DNA of 64,000 nt. Origin: Eledone cirrhosa. Taxonomy: Eukaryota. Position 1 is the first letter of the stretch; the number at the start of each line of letters is the position of its first letter. Shown piece by piece: positions 60,085 through 64,000 of this stretch. The stretch lies in the NCBI GenBank assembly GCA_964016885.1, contig OZ024741.1, forward strand, positions 77,996,001-78,060,000, in the 5' to 3' direction. The notes below the pieces were generated by a model. That model did no database searches. It saw only the letters and a list, made by a program, of their open reading frames with translations, and was not told the DNA's origin. The translations under genes were made by a program, and so were the position numbers.

Positions 60085-61244
60085 TATTAATAATGATTTC
60101 TTTTTTCTTTTTTTTTTGTGGGAGGACATCACAACAGCAAATTATAAAAGTAGTGTGGGATTTACACAGAATTGATTATGAAAAACAGGCATGTAAAATA
60201 AGAGTATAGAAAAGGTATGAAATAAGATGTCCTAATGAGCAGGTGGGGTGTCACTTTGAGACAATCAATGTTGCAGTATTATTCTGACTATCAAGGGCAA
60301 ACTATCTTTCCTAGTTATATTACAGGCACATTATTATTCTGACTATCAAAGGCAAGATATCTTTCTTAGTTGTATCACAGGTGCATTATTACTCAGACTA
60401 CCAGCGGCAAGTGCTCTTTCCTAGTTATATTTTCTGGCCTACAGGTGCATGCTCGGAGTAGGTTAATTTACTTCATATTTGCTGACATCTAGAGTCATTG
60501 CTCATTACCGACACTAATCCTCTAAAGAATGCAAAGACTGATATTCTACCAGTGCATTGTCTAGTTATTAGAGAGTTGTGAATGCAAGACAATATTCCAG
60601 ATGCCAGACAACCAGTCTTAATCCTTGCTTGACCCAGGACTGCTGCTCCTCAGGGGAGATGATGTGTGAGAAGACATGCTTGGCAAATGACAATTACACC
60701 AGCTCATCATCCAAGAATCTCTGCAGAAGCCTCAGATTCAGCCTCAGATTTACAAAGCTGTATCTCTTCAGTAATTGCATACTTAACCATTGGCACAGAT
60801 GATGTTGGCAACAAATAGATCTAACTAGTGAAATGCATCCCTTCTACAAGAACTGAAATTGAAAATGTGCCAACCTGGTCAGATTAAAACATGGAGAAAG
60901 ATAATAATTGGGAGAAAATGTAAGGGCTCACCACTTCTGCTTGGCCTTTCAAGGATAGCTTCTTCTCAGCTCATTCTTGGATGAGATTAGCCACTCTTCT
61001 TGTAATCTCTTATTCAACTAGAAGTGTGGGCCAAAGACGAATCCAAGTATCTTAACAAGATGCTCAACTTAGTGACCCATGATACTAGTCCCGAAGTGTA
61101 AAAGGCAATGTAGATCTGGAGAGGATTTGAATTCAGAGCGCAGAGAACTGGAACAAATACTTGCAAGGCATTCTATCCAATGCTCTAACTAATATACTTA
61201 CATACAAATACATGTACACATTTGATTAACTGGGGGCTTACACA

Positions 61245-61655
61245 TTACCATAAATTCTTGTGAAGGCTGGAGAGAAATGAAACAAGCATGCTTGATGGAT
61301 GTGCAATGTTAATGTAAGTGAAAGAGGTAAAGCATAAATAAGCTGAAAGAGAGACTGGATAATAGAGGAATTAGATGTAGTGTGCAGGAGAGAAGACTGT
61401 ACTGGTATGGCCATGTGATGTATATGGATGATAAGCAATGGGTGAAAAAGTGCCAAGAATTATCAGTGGATAGGAGCTGTGGTGGAGGGAAACCAAGGAA
61501 GACCTGGGCAGAGGTTGTCAGAGCTAATCTCTAATCACTGAATGTCACGAAGATAATGAAAGACTGAGACAATTGGAGAGATACTGTGCTGGAAAGAACC
61601 TGTCCAACTTGTGCAAACATGGAAGAGCAGACATAAAACAGTGATGATGAGGAAG
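61245..61655 (+). mobile_element. Degenerate RTE LINE 3' fragment
   Basis: RGIRCSVQERRLYWYGHVM...GKPRKTWAEV, followed by RTE tail; similar relics at ~35795-36020 and ~26370-26560. Confidence 0.8.
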
Positions 61656-62109
61656 ATGAATAGTGGAGTATAGTTGTTTATATCAATCCCCAAAAATGAT
61701 TGGTATTTATTTTCAGTGGCATTCAAAACTTCTATTTCAGCCACAATTTTTTTCAAACCTTCAACAATATTCCATAAGAGTTTAATTTCTATATTTACAA
61801 AGAGTATGGAAATGTAAAATTATTTAGTGCTGCGTAAGAGCAGCACAACTTCAATATTTGCCAGATATATACACACATGCATGCACAAACATGATTTACC
61901 AATACACCCTATATAGACAAACCATTTGCGGAGTGGTAGTCAAACAGATAAGATATTTGTGAATAAGTCCATATGGCCCTAACAGGAATATTTTATTTTT
62001 TAAAACCTGTATGTGTGTAGAGTGTATGATATGTGTGTGTGTGTATATATACGTACATATACATATTTCTTTAACAGTCATTCTCTTTACACAAACACAC
62101 TCACAGGCA

Positions 62110-63735
62110 CATCATCATCATCATCATCAGGTTTAGCGTCCGTGTTCCACACTTGCATGGGTTTGGACGGGGGTTTTCCCACTTGAGGCAAGAGTGGTTG
62201 TCTTGCTTGCATAGGACTGTCTGGCGGGTTTTCTACAGTTGGATGCCCTTCCTAACACCAACCACATTTACAGTGTGGGGCTGGGAGGTTTTTACCGTGT
62301 TGCCTACACGGCCACATTTACAGCGTGGACTGTGTGTTTTTTTGTCGTGACACCTACACGATCTCATTTGTTTCGGCCTGGATGTTGTGGGACCAACATA
62401 ACTGTACATTGAAAGGGGCGGTGTGGATGGGGTGGAGGTGGTGGGACGGGGGGGTGTTTTGATAGAGATGCCTACTGACTGTAGTAGGTTTTTACTTTGT
62501 ATTTAGGTAAGGCGGGTCTTCTCTATTACTGAGTACCGCCAAAGGTCTCGGTCCAGTGACATTGTCTTGGAGAGGTGTAAGCGTGTGAGGTCGGAATTTA
62601 TCAGCTCGCCCCATGTTTTTCTAGGTCTGCCTACTCCGTGGCTACCGTCTATCTTTATTGCCCTGCACTTTGTTATACAGCTGTCGTCTTTCATGCGCAT
62701 CACGTGACCGTACCAACGTAGCCTTCTCTCGAGTAAACAACATCTGATCCCTCTTATTTCTAATTTTTTCCTTAGTTCGTTTATGCTTTGCCGTTCACGT
62801 ATATTACTATTGCACATCCAGCGGAGCATGCAAGCTTCGTTCCTCTCTAGTCTGCGTATATCCTCTGCACACAATGCCCAGGTCTCACTGCCATGCAGCA
62901 TTGCTGTTCGTATGCAGGCATCGTATAACCTGCCTTTCATTTTTAGGGAGAACCCTCTAGCGGCTAATAGTGGTATAAGCTCTCTGAACTTTTTCCATCC
63001 AGTTCTGACTCTAGCTACTGTACTTTCAGAGCACCCTCCCCCACTGCTGATTTTGTCACCCAGGTAACGGAAGCTGTCCACTATTTCTATAGAACCCTCT
63101 GCGCAGTTGAAGGAGCTAGTATTTTGTGGGCACTTGCTGCTACTTATTGCACCAGAGCACCGGCCACATGTAAAATCTATGTTCTTAGTTAGCTTACCTG
63201 TGATCCCACTACATCTTTTATGCACCCATACTTTGCATTTGGGACATAAAATGGAGTTTCTACCTACGCCTTTCCTACACACTGAGCATGGCCATTTCCC
63301 AGATGGGACTGCCGCCATATTTTCTTTCCTACAAACTAGAACTTTTGTCTTAGCCAGGTTAATTTTAAGGCCTTTTGATTCTAGGCCGTGCTTCCATGTT
63401 TGGAATTTCTTCTCTAGTTCGGTCATTGATTCAGCTATGAGCGTTAGATCATCTGCGTATAGGAGTTCCCATGGGCAGCCGGTCTTGAACTCCTCTGTTA
63501 TAGCCTGAAGGGCAATAATAAATAGTAGGGGGCTAAGAACAGAGCCCTGATGGACACCAACTTTTACGCTAAACTCTTCACTATATTCGTTGTTAATTCT
63601 AACCTTACTGACTGTTTCTTTATACATGGCTTGTATAGCTCTCACAAGCCATTCGTCAACACCTAGTTTTCTAAGAGACCACCAGATAATGGAACGGGGG
63701 ACTCTGTCGAAGGCTTTCTCCAAGTCGACGAAACA
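62110..63735 (-). mobile_element. 5'-truncated RTE-clade LINE: RT domain, PHD-like finger, 3' UTR and (GAT)n tail
   Basis: ORF 62503-63744: FVDLEKAFD, GVHQGSVLSPLLF, LLYADDL, FRYLG, CSVC..CPKC..HKRC..CGRC, RRLRWYGHV, GRPRKTW; tail hairpin and (CAT)n on + at ~62110-62128. Confidence 0.95.
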
Positions 63736-63744
63736 TTTACACAC

Positions 63745-63782
<38 letters not shown>

Positions 63783-64000
63783 GTATATATATATACACAC
63801 ACTTATATATATACATATACATATATATATATATATAAATGTAAACTGAGTTTTTTTAATATCAATAATTGTTTCTACCTTTGGCACAAGGCCAGCAACT
63901 ATCCCAGTGTATTACTGGTACTTTATTTTATCGACCCCGTAAGGATGAAAGGCAAAGTTAACCTCGGCAGGATTTTTTAATATCAATAATTGTTTCTACT

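Noticed and set aside
60275-60432. Three ~55-bp tandem units (also 15660-15820, 23366-23486, 30185-30247)
   Set aside because: Degenerate local tandem duplications or repeated SINE tails with no further structure.

Overview
Eukaryotic, very AT-rich animal DNA. The multi-kb (TA)n arrays, RTE/CR1/CRE LINEs and tRNA-headed SINEs most resemble a coleoid cephalopod (Octopus-like) genome, which is an inference from the repeat landscape. Nearly all long ORFs in the supplied track are Y/I/H/T microsatellite artefacts. One real protein-coding gene can be built by hand on the minus strand from five frame-consistent GT-AG exons (51308-51159, 28792-28672, 24375-24278, 19651-19132, 15402-15044; 1248 nt, 415 aa). 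It encodes a leucine-rich-repeat protein with a BC-box-like motif and a CxxC...CxxxC module (LRRC58/LRRC28/LRRC69-like architecture), ending in a CaaX motif (CCLQ). The rest is transposon-derived: RTE, CR1 and CRE LINE pieces, SINEs, hAT/pogo/piggyBac-type MITEs, an internally deleted Helitron and many fold-back inverted repeats. The most unusual item is a complete 1.4-kb non-coding LTR element (56803-58200) with 421-bp LTRs ending TG...AA, an ATGC target-site duplication and a polypurine tract. Its primer-binding site matches 41 nt of tRNA-Trp (positions ~36-76 including CCA) rather than the usual ~18 nt. Other leads are a 108-aa overlapping uORF spanning three exons, a possible stop-codon extension that would remove the CaaX end, and a 182-bp intronic hairpin. 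There is a 200-N assembly gap at 46017-46216.
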